Shown here one piece after another: positions 7,755 to 14,256 of a stretch of 14,256 nucleotides of DNA. Origin of the DNA: Pseudomonadota bacterium (GTDB taxonomy: Bacteria; Bdellovibrionota; FAC87; UBA2466); the NCBI GenBank assembly GCA_043767805.1, contig JAYUGC010000068.1:1-14256 (forward strand), in the 5' to 3' direction. The notes under the pieces are model-generated. The model searched no databases, was not told where the DNA came from, and saw only the letters and a list, made by a program, of their open reading frames with translations. The stretch's first letter is position 1; every line of letters begins with the position of its first letter. Both the position numbers and the translations under genes were made by a program.

Positions 7755-8371
7755 CAGGGCGATGGTACCACAGGGGCCGGGGGAGCCGTCTTATCCGAAA
7801 AAGTTACCGGAAGGACAAGGGCTTGTTGGAGCAATGCTTGGTATTCCTCGTCGGAAACTTCGATGACTCCCAACGTCTTCAAGTGCTCGGTAAGAAATTG
7901 CACTTCGAGTAGCTGAAAGCCGCGCTCCTTCAAATGCTCCACCAAATTGAAAAGAGCGACCTTCGACGCATCCGTCTCACGGTGAAATTTCGACTCGGCG
8001 AAAAAGGCGCCTCCCAGGCTTACCCCGTAGAGCCCACCGACGAGCTTCTCTCCCTGCCAGACTTCCACGGAGTGCGCGAAGTTCAACTGGTGGAGCTTGG
8101 TATAACCCTCATAGAACTCATCCGTGATCCAGGTGTCCTCCCGGTCGGCGCACCCTTCCATCACGGCTTTGAAGGCTTTGTCGAAAGTCACTTCGAAGCC
8201 CGCGTGACGAATCGTCTTCTTTAAGGACCGCGAGGCGTGAAAGCCTTCCAGCGGAAGGATCGCGCGTGGATCCGGGCGCAAGAAAACGATTTTTCCCGTG
8301 TCGGGATCAGGCATGGGAAAATATCCCAAGGCATAGGCCTGACACAGTAAGTCGGGACGCAGTGGCTTCAC
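7754..8371 (-). CDS. aat: Leucyl/phenylalanyl-tRNA--protein transferase
   Basis: LLCQAYALGYFPM, PDPRAIL, FDKAFKAVMEGCA, TWIT, AHSVEVW, LVGGLYGVSLGGAFFAESKF, DASKVA, TEHL. Start placed at GTG 8371, behind an extended -10; the track start is 8410. Confidence 0.95.
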   Translation of the reverse strand: MKPLRPDLLCQAYALGYFPMPDPDTGKIVFLRPDPRAILPLEGFHASRSLKKTIRHAGFEVTFDKAFKAVMEGCADREDTWITDEFYEGYTKLHQLNFAHSVEVWQGEKLVGGLYGVSLGGAFFAESKFHRETDASKVALFNLVEHLKERGFQLLEVQFLTEHLKTLGVIEVSDEEYQALLQQALVLPVTFSDKTAPPAPVVPSP

Positions 8372-8378
8372 GTCTCTG

Positions 8379-8387
8379 AGTTTAACA
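8379..8387 (-). promoter_or_regulatory. Extended -10 promoter of aat, probably leaderless
   Basis: Minus strand reads TG-T-TAAACT-N7-GTG(8371). Confidence 0.5.
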
Positions 8388-8495
8388 AGGGTTAGCGGTA
8401 ACTGGGCCACCAGACTCGTTTGGAACGATTGCCCGTTAACGTTAGTAGAGACGCTTCAACTTCCTATAAACCTAAAATCACCGAGGAACTCACAA

Positions 8496-8810
8496 ATGAC
8501 ACGCTTACTCGTCTTATTGGCCTTTGGCTTCTTACCCTTAGTTTCTTTTGCCCATGCCCACGAGGGTCATGACGACGGCTGCCAGTCCGCCGCGGTATGT
8601 CACGAGGACGGAACGTGTTCGGCCAATAAGAAAAAGGCCGAATGCCCTTGCTGCGACGAAGTGTGCAGCTGTGACTGTTGTTTGGATGGCACCTGCGGCG
8701 AAGGTGGCTGCGAAGACTGCGATTGCAGCGGAGAAAATTGTGCGGTCGTGGCACCGGATTGGGATCAATCCCAAACTGGAACTAGTTTTAACGCGAGCCT
8801 TCTAGCCTAA
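8496..8810 (+). CDS. Small exported Cys/His-rich, metallothionein-like protein
   Basis: GAGG SD. Signal peptide ends AHA; mature N-terminus HEGHDD. 15 Cys, including CPCC, CSCDCC and CEDCDC. Confidence 0.75.
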   Translation: MTRLLVLLAFGFLPLVSFAHAHEGHDDGCQSAAVCHEDGTCSANKKKAECPCCDEVCSCDCCLDGTCGEGGCEDCDCSGENCAVVAPDWDQSQTGTSFNASLLA

Positions 8811-8915
8811 AAAACTTGGCAAGGGCTTGCATAGGTAATTAGTCAGTCCCCCCAAGGACTAAGTTAGTTGCCGAAACTGCTAAACGATTCAATCAAACCC
8901 TTCCTCATTACCCTC

Positions 8916-8961
8916 AAGCGGCGTACCCGGGATTGATACCGGGTACGCCGCTTAATTTTTT
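8916..8961 (+). terminator. Intrinsic terminator
   Basis: Perfect 15-bp stem AAGCGGCGTACCCGG / CCGGGTACGCCGCTT with an 8-nt loop, followed by AATTTTTT. Confidence 0.8.
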
Positions 8962-8966
8962 CAATC

Positions 8967-8994
8967 TAATCCTCAGTCTACGGTTTGCCGATAC
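8967..8994 (+). promoter_or_regulatory. sigma28 (FliA)-like promoter of the HD-GYP/PhyH pair
   Basis: TAAT-N16-GCCGATAC, 7 nt before the GAGG SD; same spacing as the other two sites. Confidence 0.5.
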
Positions 8995-9015
8995 GCCAGA
9001 AGAGGTAGGGTGCTA

Positions 9016-10023
9016 ATGAAGCGTTCATTCAGTGAATTTTTTCGTGTTCGAATAGCGTCCATCGTGACCGACATCCCTCTGGATCACGACGTTTACCTGC
9101 TCATTGCGGAAGAGCCCATTCTCTTTCGAAAGAAGGGTGATGCCATCACCGAGTCGCGAATGAACGACTTGGTCGCCTATCGCCTCAAGGAAGTCTTGGT
9201 GCCGCTCGAGCAGAGAGACGCGTACCGTCATTCGCTCACGCAAATCATTCGCGACACCGAATTGAAACGGGAAATCCGCGGAAAGTTCATTAAGGAGTCC
9301 GCGTTCAACCATGTGGACGACCTCTTTACCAAGCCCGACGTCAGCAGCTTTTTGAAAGAAAGCCGCGAACTCGTCGAGGAAATGGTGAACTTCATCTCCG
9401 CCGACATGGAAGCCGCCGCTTCCCTCATGCGTCTTTCGACTCACGACTACTACACCTATAACCACAGCGTGAACGTGGCGGTCTATTCCATCGCCATCGC
9501 GAAACGCGTGTTTGGCGAGGAAAAGAACACCCTCATCGCGGCTGGTCTCGGGGGACTTCTCCACGACATCGGCAAACGCAAAATCGATATTGCTATCATC
9601 AACAAGCCAGGGCGGCTTAGCCCCAAAGAGTGGGACGAAGTGAAGAAGCACCCCGATTTCGGCATAGACCTCTTGAAGGGGCTGAACTCCATTCCGGATA
9701 GCGCCCGCCGGGTCGTCCACGAGCATCACGAGAACGTGGATGGGTCTGGTTACCCACAAGGCCTCAAAGAGGATCAGATTTGCAAGCACGCCAAGGTGGC
9801 GGCCATCGCCGATGTCTTTGACGCGTTGACTACCAAGCGGCCATATAAAGAAGCGGCTACCGCCCAGTCCGCCTTGGAAATCATGTACGGGATGCAGCCG
9901 GGCAAGTTCGACCCAACCCTTTTCAGCAAGTTCGACACCAACCTCGAGAAAAAGGGAGTGCTCAAACTAGCTAAGGATTTCGATCCTTGCTCACTTCATT
10001 CCAAGATTAAAAAAGTGGGATGA
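9016..10023 (+). CDS. HD-GYP domain protein (probable cyclic dinucleotide phosphodiesterase)
   Basis: TYNHSVNV, LLHDIGK, KKHP..G, HHENVDGSGYPQGL, IADVFDALTTKRPYK. ATG 9016 preferred over GTG 9010 on SD spacing. Confidence 0.93.
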   Translation: MKRSFSEFFRVRIASIVTDIPLDHDVYLLIAEEPILFRKKGDAITESRMNDLVAYRLKEVLVPLEQRDAYRHSLTQIIRDTELKREIRGKFIKESAFNHVDDLFTKPDVSSFLKESRELVEEMVNFISADMEAAASLMRLSTHDYYTYNHSVNVAVYSIAIAKRVFGEEKNTLIAAGLGGLLHDIGKRKIDIAIINKPGRLSPKEWDEVKKHPDFGIDLLKGLNSIPDSARRVVHEHHENVDGSGYPQGLKEDQICKHAKVAAIADVFDALTTKRPYKEAATAQSALEIMYGMQPGKFDPTLFSKFDTNLEKKGVLKLAKDFDPCSLHSKIKKVG

Positions 10024-10035
10024 TAAGATAGCGGC

Positions 10036-10779
10036 ATGCGGTTAACCGATCGGCAAGTTCGGGACTTTTTTGAAGTTGGCTACCTCGTAGTCCCGAATCT
10101 TTTTGGCTCCGCGGAAATTCAGGGGATGCAGGAAAGTTTCGACCGCCTGCAGAAGCTCGCGGCCACGGTCGGCTCCACCCAGATGGTGAAGGGCGCTCAG
10201 TTCGTGGTGGAAGGCTCGCGCATCGATCGCGTCGTATGGTGCGGCGGCGCCGATAGCTATTTGCTAGAGATGGGCCTGGACCCCAGGCTTACCGAGCCTT
10301 CGGCCCAGCTTTTGGGAAGCGCCACCATGGATCAGCTGATCAATCAGGCGCATTTCAAGCTTCCGGGCGATGGAGTTCAGTACGAGTGGCACCAAGACAG
10401 TGAAAAGCGCCGCTATGGTTCCGACGAATGGACCGACGTGAACGGCAAGGGAAGTTTCGTTCAGACCATCACCGCCGTCGACGAGTGCGCGCCCGATAAC
10501 GGCCCGCTGCTCGCTTGGCCGGGCACGGTGAAGTGGGGCCACGTGTACCTCGATAGCCCGAATCCCGATACGCCGAAGATCGACGAATCGAAGTTCGTGC
10601 CCGTGCTCATGAAGCCGGGCACCACGCTTTTTCTCCATCCGTACACCGTGCACGGCAGCCGGCCCAATATGAGCCAGCGCTCGCGCCGGGTTTTCATCAA
10701 CGGGTACTGCTCTCCGGGTGCTAATCGCCGCGTGTACCCCGGCGAAGGCGCCGGACGGCGTATTACGCTCACGAAGTAG
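10036..10779 (+). CDS. Phytanoyl-CoA dioxygenase (PhyH) family Fe(II)/2-oxoglutarate dioxygenase
   Basis: LTDRQVRDFFEVGYLVV N-terminus, WHQD (HxD), DECAPDNGPL..WPGT, VHGSRPN.S..SRR. Confidence 0.9.
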   Translation: MRLTDRQVRDFFEVGYLVVPNLFGSAEIQGMQESFDRLQKLAATVGSTQMVKGAQFVVEGSRIDRVVWCGGADSYLLEMGLDPRLTEPSAQLLGSATMDQLINQAHFKLPGDGVQYEWHQDSEKRRYGSDEWTDVNGKGSFVQTITAVDECAPDNGPLLAWPGTVKWGHVYLDSPNPDTPKIDESKFVPVLMKPGTTLFLHPYTVHGSRPNMSQRSRRVFINGYCSPGANRRVYPGEGAGRRITLTK

Positions 10780-10789
10780 TCCCTCGATC

Positions 10790-10908
10790 GGGGCCGGTCA
10801 CGGGTTGCTAGAGGCTGGTACGAGGTAGGCTATTAGATCTCTGCCTTCCGCACGCGCCGTTAACGGCGGGTCCTGGAGGGTAAGATCCTAGATCCCAGTA
10901 ACCGGTCC
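10790..10908. repeat. Two head-to-head arms of the dispersed repeat forming a ~119-bp imperfect palindrome
   Basis: Centre is the perfect 14-bp palindrome CGCCGTTAACGGCG (10855-10868). Both arms are homologous to 5033-5100. Fills most of the gap between two convergent genes. Confidence 0.8.
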
Positions 10909-12144
10909 TCAGCGAGTGGCGCGGGGTAGCTTGTCGACGAGGAAACCCTTGCCTCGCCATTCGGCGAGAAAGGCTCTTGCATCGTCGAGGTCCGGCGCCG
11001 TGACCTGCGCTAGAGTGCCGCTGTCAGTTTTGCGCAGGCCTTCGAATATACGAAGCGCATTGAACTCGCTCTCGCTCAAAAACTGCCGCCACTCTGGCGT
11101 CTTGCCGCCCTTTTTCTTCAGGTAGATCGCCTGGAACGGGAGATGCCCAAAGGCTTGGCTCTCTTTATCGTTCTTGGGATTGGGACCGAGTACCGCGCGT
11201 GGGCTGAGCACGAGCTGCTTGGGCACTTCCCAAAGCTTCGCGTAATAGTCGAGCAGCTCGTCCCAAAGATCGTCGAGCGTCATGGACTCGTCGCTCTCCT
11301 CGAGATCGGAGGGATCGATCTCGTCCTCGAGCTCCTTTGGCACCATCAAAATGCCGGCTTTGTCGAACTTCGGCGCTTCCAGCACATTTTGCGCGCGCGC
11401 GATTTCCCAGAGGCGGTCTCGGTTCTCGGAAACCTGAGCCGCGCAATCGGTGAAGAGCTTGATACGGTTGGTCTGCTCGCCCCAAAGAAATTTCAAAGTC
11501 TCGGCGGACCAGCCGCGAGTTTTGGGATCGGTCGTATCGTCGATGTGAGAGGCGAGAGAGTCGAGTCGCTGGTAATAAGCGGGAACGTCGAAGCCGCAGC
11601 GGGCGAGCGCCCACTGGCCAATGGCGACTTCGGTGTAAGAGACGACTTCTTCCAAAGCCATCCAGAAGGCGTCCCCCGCGCCTCCGTGGTCGTTCAAACA
11701 GAAAAACGTCGAGCAGACCCCGTTTCTAAACGCGTAGATGCGGCACATGCCGGAGGGCACTTCGAGCAAGGGGCATTTCACCCTCGTGGTCGAATCAAAA
11801 CGATTCTCGTGAAGGTCGTGGAGGTAATCGATCCATTGCCCCGGCGAGCGCAAAAAACCTTCGGGCACGAGATAGCCCAGCTTATCCATGCCTTCCAAAG
11901 TGGTTTTAACGGACTGCGATTCGGCGGCGAGACCGAGAAGAAAATTCGGCACCTGCGGATGATAGGCGCAGCAGCGGTAGAGCGGGTCGTGCGACTGAAA
12001 GCACGCCATCGGGCAATTGCTGCAGGTCGAGCGCCGCTCGCGGGGGAGCCGGAAATTGAGCGCCTCCTCGGGAAGCAGTAGTTTCCAGTACCCGGGAACA
12101 CTGTGGCCGCAAAGTTGGAATGGCTGCGAGATGGGGTCTTGCAT
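10909..12144 (-). CDS. Hypothetical Cys-cluster protein (CxxCxxCC/YkgJ/FliB-like putative Fe-S or Zn domain)
   Basis: TCSNCPMAC...RCCAY...KCPLL....GMCRIYAFRNGVCSTFFC. ATG 12144 chosen because the track start (12165) lies inside a terminator stem. Confidence 0.75.
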   Translation of the reverse strand: MQDPISQPFQLCGHSVPGYWKLLLPEEALNFRLPRERRSTCSNCPMACFQSHDPLYRCCAYHPQVPNFLLGLAAESQSVKTTLEGMDKLGYLVPEGFLRSPGQWIDYLHDLHENRFDSTTRVKCPLLEVPSGMCRIYAFRNGVCSTFFCLNDHGGAGDAFWMALEEVVSYTEVAIGQWALARCGFDVPAYYQRLDSLASHIDDTTDPKTRGWSAETLKFLWGEQTNRIKLFTDCAAQVSENRDRLWEIARAQNVLEAPKFDKAGILMVPKELEDEIDPSDLEESDESMTLDDLWDELLDYYAKLWEVPKQLVLSPRAVLGPNPKNDKESQAFGHLPFQAIYLKKKGGKTPEWRQFLSESEFNALRIFEGLRKTDSGTLAQVTAPDLDDARAFLAEWRGKGFLVDKLPRATR

Positions 12145-12156
12145 GATGAAGGCTCG

Positions 12157-12195
12157 AAAAGGCACCCGGGCTCTTTAAAAAAAAGCACCGGGTGC
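12157..12195 (-). terminator. Probable intrinsic terminator after the DUF4399 gene
   Basis: Minus strand reads GCACCCGG-t-GCTTTT...AAGAGC-CCGGGTGC-c-TTTT, 13 nt after the stop at 12209. Confidence 0.6.
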
Positions 12196-12208
12196 TCGAA
12201 AGGAGAGA

Positions 12209-12643
12209 TTATCTACCGGCTTGGGACTCGACGTCGACGGTGATCGTCGCGCTCATCTCAGGTCCGTAAGACTGATGATTGCCGTCGGCGAACTGAAGGG
12301 TCAGCGTATGCTTACCGGGCTTCAAGTTGACCTCGGTTTCCGTCTGACCTTTGCCGAAGTGAATGGCGGTGTCCGACGTGGGAACGACCGTGCCCTTGGT
12401 CAAAGCTTTGTGGTCGATCAAAAGGTGGTGGTGGCCCGTGCCTTCTTTCGGAACGCCGGCCGGGGTGACCGTCATGCCTTCCACGCCCATCTTCACCTTG
12501 AACTTGGTCGGCAACTTCGCGCCGTCCTTCGGCTCCACGAAAAAGACGTGCGCTTTACCCGCACGCGTGGCCGCGCCACCGGCGCCGGCAAAAGCGGTCG
12601 TAACCAGAGTTAAAGCAGACAGAACGATTAGAGAGAGTTTCAA
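12209..12643 (-). CDS. DUF4399-type exported protein
   Basis: Signal peptide; VFFVEPKDGA, GTGHHHLLID, HFGKGQTE, LKPGKHTLTLQFADGNH. TTG start with GGAGG SD. Confidence 0.85.
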   Translation of the reverse strand: MKLSLIVLSALTLVTTAFAGAGGAATRAGKAHVFFVEPKDGAKLPTKFKVKMGVEGMTVTPAGVPKEGTGHHHLLIDHKALTKGTVVPTSDTAIHFGKGQTETEVNLKPGKHTLTLQFADGNHQSYGPEMSATITVDVESQAGR

Positions 12644-12698
12644 GCAAGACCTCCAAGGATTAAGAACGGCATAAGCAAAGAAAATAAAGAGGTTATTG

Positions 12699-13259
12699 TC
12701 AATCTTCGACGATGAGAAGTTCCAAGAGGATAGGGCCCATCACGGTGTCGGTCGAAAGGGCGGCGGACAGATCCCCGACGGCTATCCACTCAACGCCGGT
12801 AACCACGTCTCCTTCGGGAGGATCCGTCGGGTCCGGGGCGGCTTTCGAGTCTTTCAGCTCGGCTCGAAAGAAATGCGTGGTGACGTCGACGTTGATGCCG
12901 TCCCACCTATAAAGGTAACGCCGCACCACCTCGGAGCCCGGCAGGATCCGGACGCGGTAGCCGGTCTCTTCCCAAGTTTCCCGTTCCGCCGCTCGTTCGG
13001 GAGTCTCATCCGGCTCGATGCCTCCGCCGGGCGGGTAGGGGCGAATCACGCCGGTCTTCGGCTCGCGCAATTTGACGACGAGAAGTTTGCCCTCGTGCAC
13101 GCAAAGCACGGACGCCCGCTGACGGGTGTAGGGACAATGGCGACAGCCCTGATGGCAGCAAAAACCCCGGGCCTTGAGGTAAGTCTCCGTAAATACCCAA
13201 AGCCCCTGAGGATCGACGTAGTAATCGACTCCTTCAATGAGGGGTTTTTCGGCGCTCAT
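12699..13259 (-). CDS. NUDIX hydrolase with an N-terminal DUF5522-like Cys-rich domain
   Basis: N-terminal DYYVDPQGLWVFTETYLKARGFCCHQGCRHCPY; Nudix box GGIEPDETPERAAERETWEETGY. Confidence 0.88.
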   Translation of the reverse strand: MSAEKPLIEGVDYYVDPQGLWVFTETYLKARGFCCHQGCRHCPYTRQRASVLCVHEGKLLVVKLREPKTGVIRPYPPGGGIEPDETPERAAERETWEETGYRVRILPGSEVVRRYLYRWDGINVDVTTHFFRAELKDSKAAPDPTDPPEGDVVTGVEWIAVGDLSAALSTDTVMGPILLELLIVED

Positions 13260-13336
13260 GACACAGGTTTAGGGTAGTAAACGCGCTAAGTCACGCGTTG
13301 ACCCGGCCGAGAAGGCCAGGCTAGAAATAGCCTCCC

Positions 13337-13687
13337 ATGAAGGTCACTTTTTACCAATACGCGAAATGCGACACGTGCCGAAAGGCGGCGAAGTTTCTCA
13401 AAGCCAAAGGCGTCGAAGCCGATGTCCGGGAGATTGTGGACACGCCTCCGCCTCTCGCCGATTTGAAACGCATGGCGGGTTACGTGGGTAGCGTGAAAAA
13501 GCTCTTCAACGTTTCCGGCCAGAGGTACCGGGCGCTCGGCCTATCCAAAAAACTTCCCACCTTGAGCGACGCCGCCGCCCTGAAGCTACTGGCTTCCCAG
13601 GGAAAGCTCATCAAACGCCCTTTCGTTCTCTGGGACAAAGGCGGGCTCGTCGGATTTCAAGAAGCGGCCTGGAAACAAGAATTTTAA
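13337..13687 (+). CDS. ArsC/Spx/MgsR family protein (YffB/YusI-like)
   Basis: YQYAKCDTCRKAAKFL, LFNVSGQRYRALGL, GKLIKRPF, LVGFQEAAW. Confidence 0.92.
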   Translation: MKVTFYQYAKCDTCRKAAKFLKAKGVEADVREIVDTPPPLADLKRMAGYVGSVKKLFNVSGQRYRALGLSKKLPTLSDAAALKLLASQGKLIKRPFVLWDKGGLVGFQEAAWKQEF

Positions 13688-13697
13688 GAGGTGTCTC

Positions 13698-14192
13698 GTG
13701 AAATCCATTCCCTTTGATTTCGTTCTCGAGCGGCTCGCGCCGCTAAGGCCCTATACGAATCCCATGTTCGGATCGTTTGCGGTGTATGTCGGCGAGAAAA
13801 TCGTTCTCATCCTCCGTCAGAGGGAGTCTTCGCCGCAAGACAACGGAGTGTGGCTCGCGACCACCGAGGAGCATCACGCGAGCTTGCGCCAGGTTTTTCC
13901 CCGGATGCGCTCCATCGCCGTATTCGGTACGCCGGTAACCGGCTGGCAGGTGATTCCGGAAGATACGGCCGACTTCGAGGCCGCCGTGGAACGAGCCTGT
14001 GATCTCGTCTTGAAGGGCGATCCGCGGATTGGAAAGATTCCGGGCTCCAAAAAGAAGAAAGCGCCCGCCAAAACAAAGCCCAAGGCGAAGCCGGCCAAGA
14101 AGGCCAAGGTCAAGCCCGCGAAGAAGATCCGCAAGCCGGCTTCGGCAAGCAAACGACGAACCGCGTCCGCGGGTGCTCGACGTCGAGGGTGA
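13698..14192 (+). CDS. TfoX-N-like protein with a Lys/Ala/Pro-rich basic C-terminal tail
   Basis: GTG start with GAGG SD, 10 nt after the previous stop. PMFGSFAVYVGEKIVLILR resembles the TfoX_N 'MFG...Y' motif. Tail KKKKAPAKTKPKAKPAKKAKVKPAKK. Confidence 0.7.
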   Translation: MKSIPFDFVLERLAPLRPYTNPMFGSFAVYVGEKIVLILRQRESSPQDNGVWLATTEEHHASLRQVFPRMRSIAVFGTPVTGWQVIPEDTADFEAAVERACDLVLKGDPRIGKIPGSKKKKAPAKTKPKAKPAKKAKVKPAKKIRKPASASKRRTASAGARRRG

Positions 14193-14256
14193 GTGTCCCC
14201 CCGTGGGCCTCGACGATACTTTTCGAAATGCTTAGGCCCAGGCCCGTACCCCGCCC
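14110..14256 (-). CDS. C-terminal end of a sensor histidine kinase (HATPase_c); partial, continues past the window edge
   Basis: Manual translation from 14256: GRGTGLGLSISKSIVEAHGGTLTLDVEHPRTRFVVCLPKPACGSSSRA*. Contains the G2 box GTGLGL and HGG. Not in the ORF track. Confidence 0.9.
   Translation of the reverse strand, partial: GRGTGLGLSISKSIVEAHGGTLTLDVEHPRTRFVVCLPKPACGSSSRA

Noticed and set aside
2938..8371. Functional link between the ZZ finger (an N-terminus reader in eukaryotes) and aat (an N-degron writer)
   Set aside because: The genes are over 4 kb apart in separate transcription units and aat is a common housekeeping gene; proximity alone is not evidence.
8434..8441. A further intergenic CGTTAACG
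   Set aside because: The flanks do not resemble the repeat arms, and an 8-mer alone is not enough to call a copy.
8816..8877. c-di-GMP-I riboswitch, sigma54 promoter or a fourth sigma28 promoter
   Set aside because: GGCAA...GTTGCCGA resembles the riboswitch ends, but the GNRA loop and GCAAA core are absent. TGGCAAGGGCTTGCA has 9 rather than 10 nt between GG and GC. CCAA-N14-GCCGAAAC has the wrong spacing compared with the other three sites.

Overview
A GC-rich bacterial chromosomal window. The Bd0055-like histone and the FliA-type promoters suggest Bdellovibrionota or a related deltaproteobacterial lineage (inference). No transposase, integrase, tRNA/rRNA or CRISPR array was seen. Recognisable genes: ispH, a MazG-like nucleotide pyrophosphatase with thyA-folA, aat, an HD-GYP phosphodiesterase with a PhyH-family dioxygenase, a DUF4399-type protein, a DUF5522-NUDIX fusion, an ArsC/Spx-family protein, a TfoX-N-like protein with a Lys/Ala/Pro tail, and the 3' end of a histidine kinase missing from the ORF track. 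Most notable: (1) a bacterial histone fused to a ZZ-type zinc finger (2938-3396); (2) an intergenic repeat family anchored on CGTTAACG, with one arm at 5033-5100 and two head-to-head arms at 10790-10908; (3) a 607-aa secreted protein with coiled-coil, amphipathic beta, Cys-rich and C-type-lectin-like modules; (4) a signal-peptide-bearing, 15-Cys metallothionein-like protein followed by a structured non-coding region; (5) three equally spaced sigma28-like promoters and three apparently leaderless genes. All family calls come from motif recognition by eye; no searches were run.
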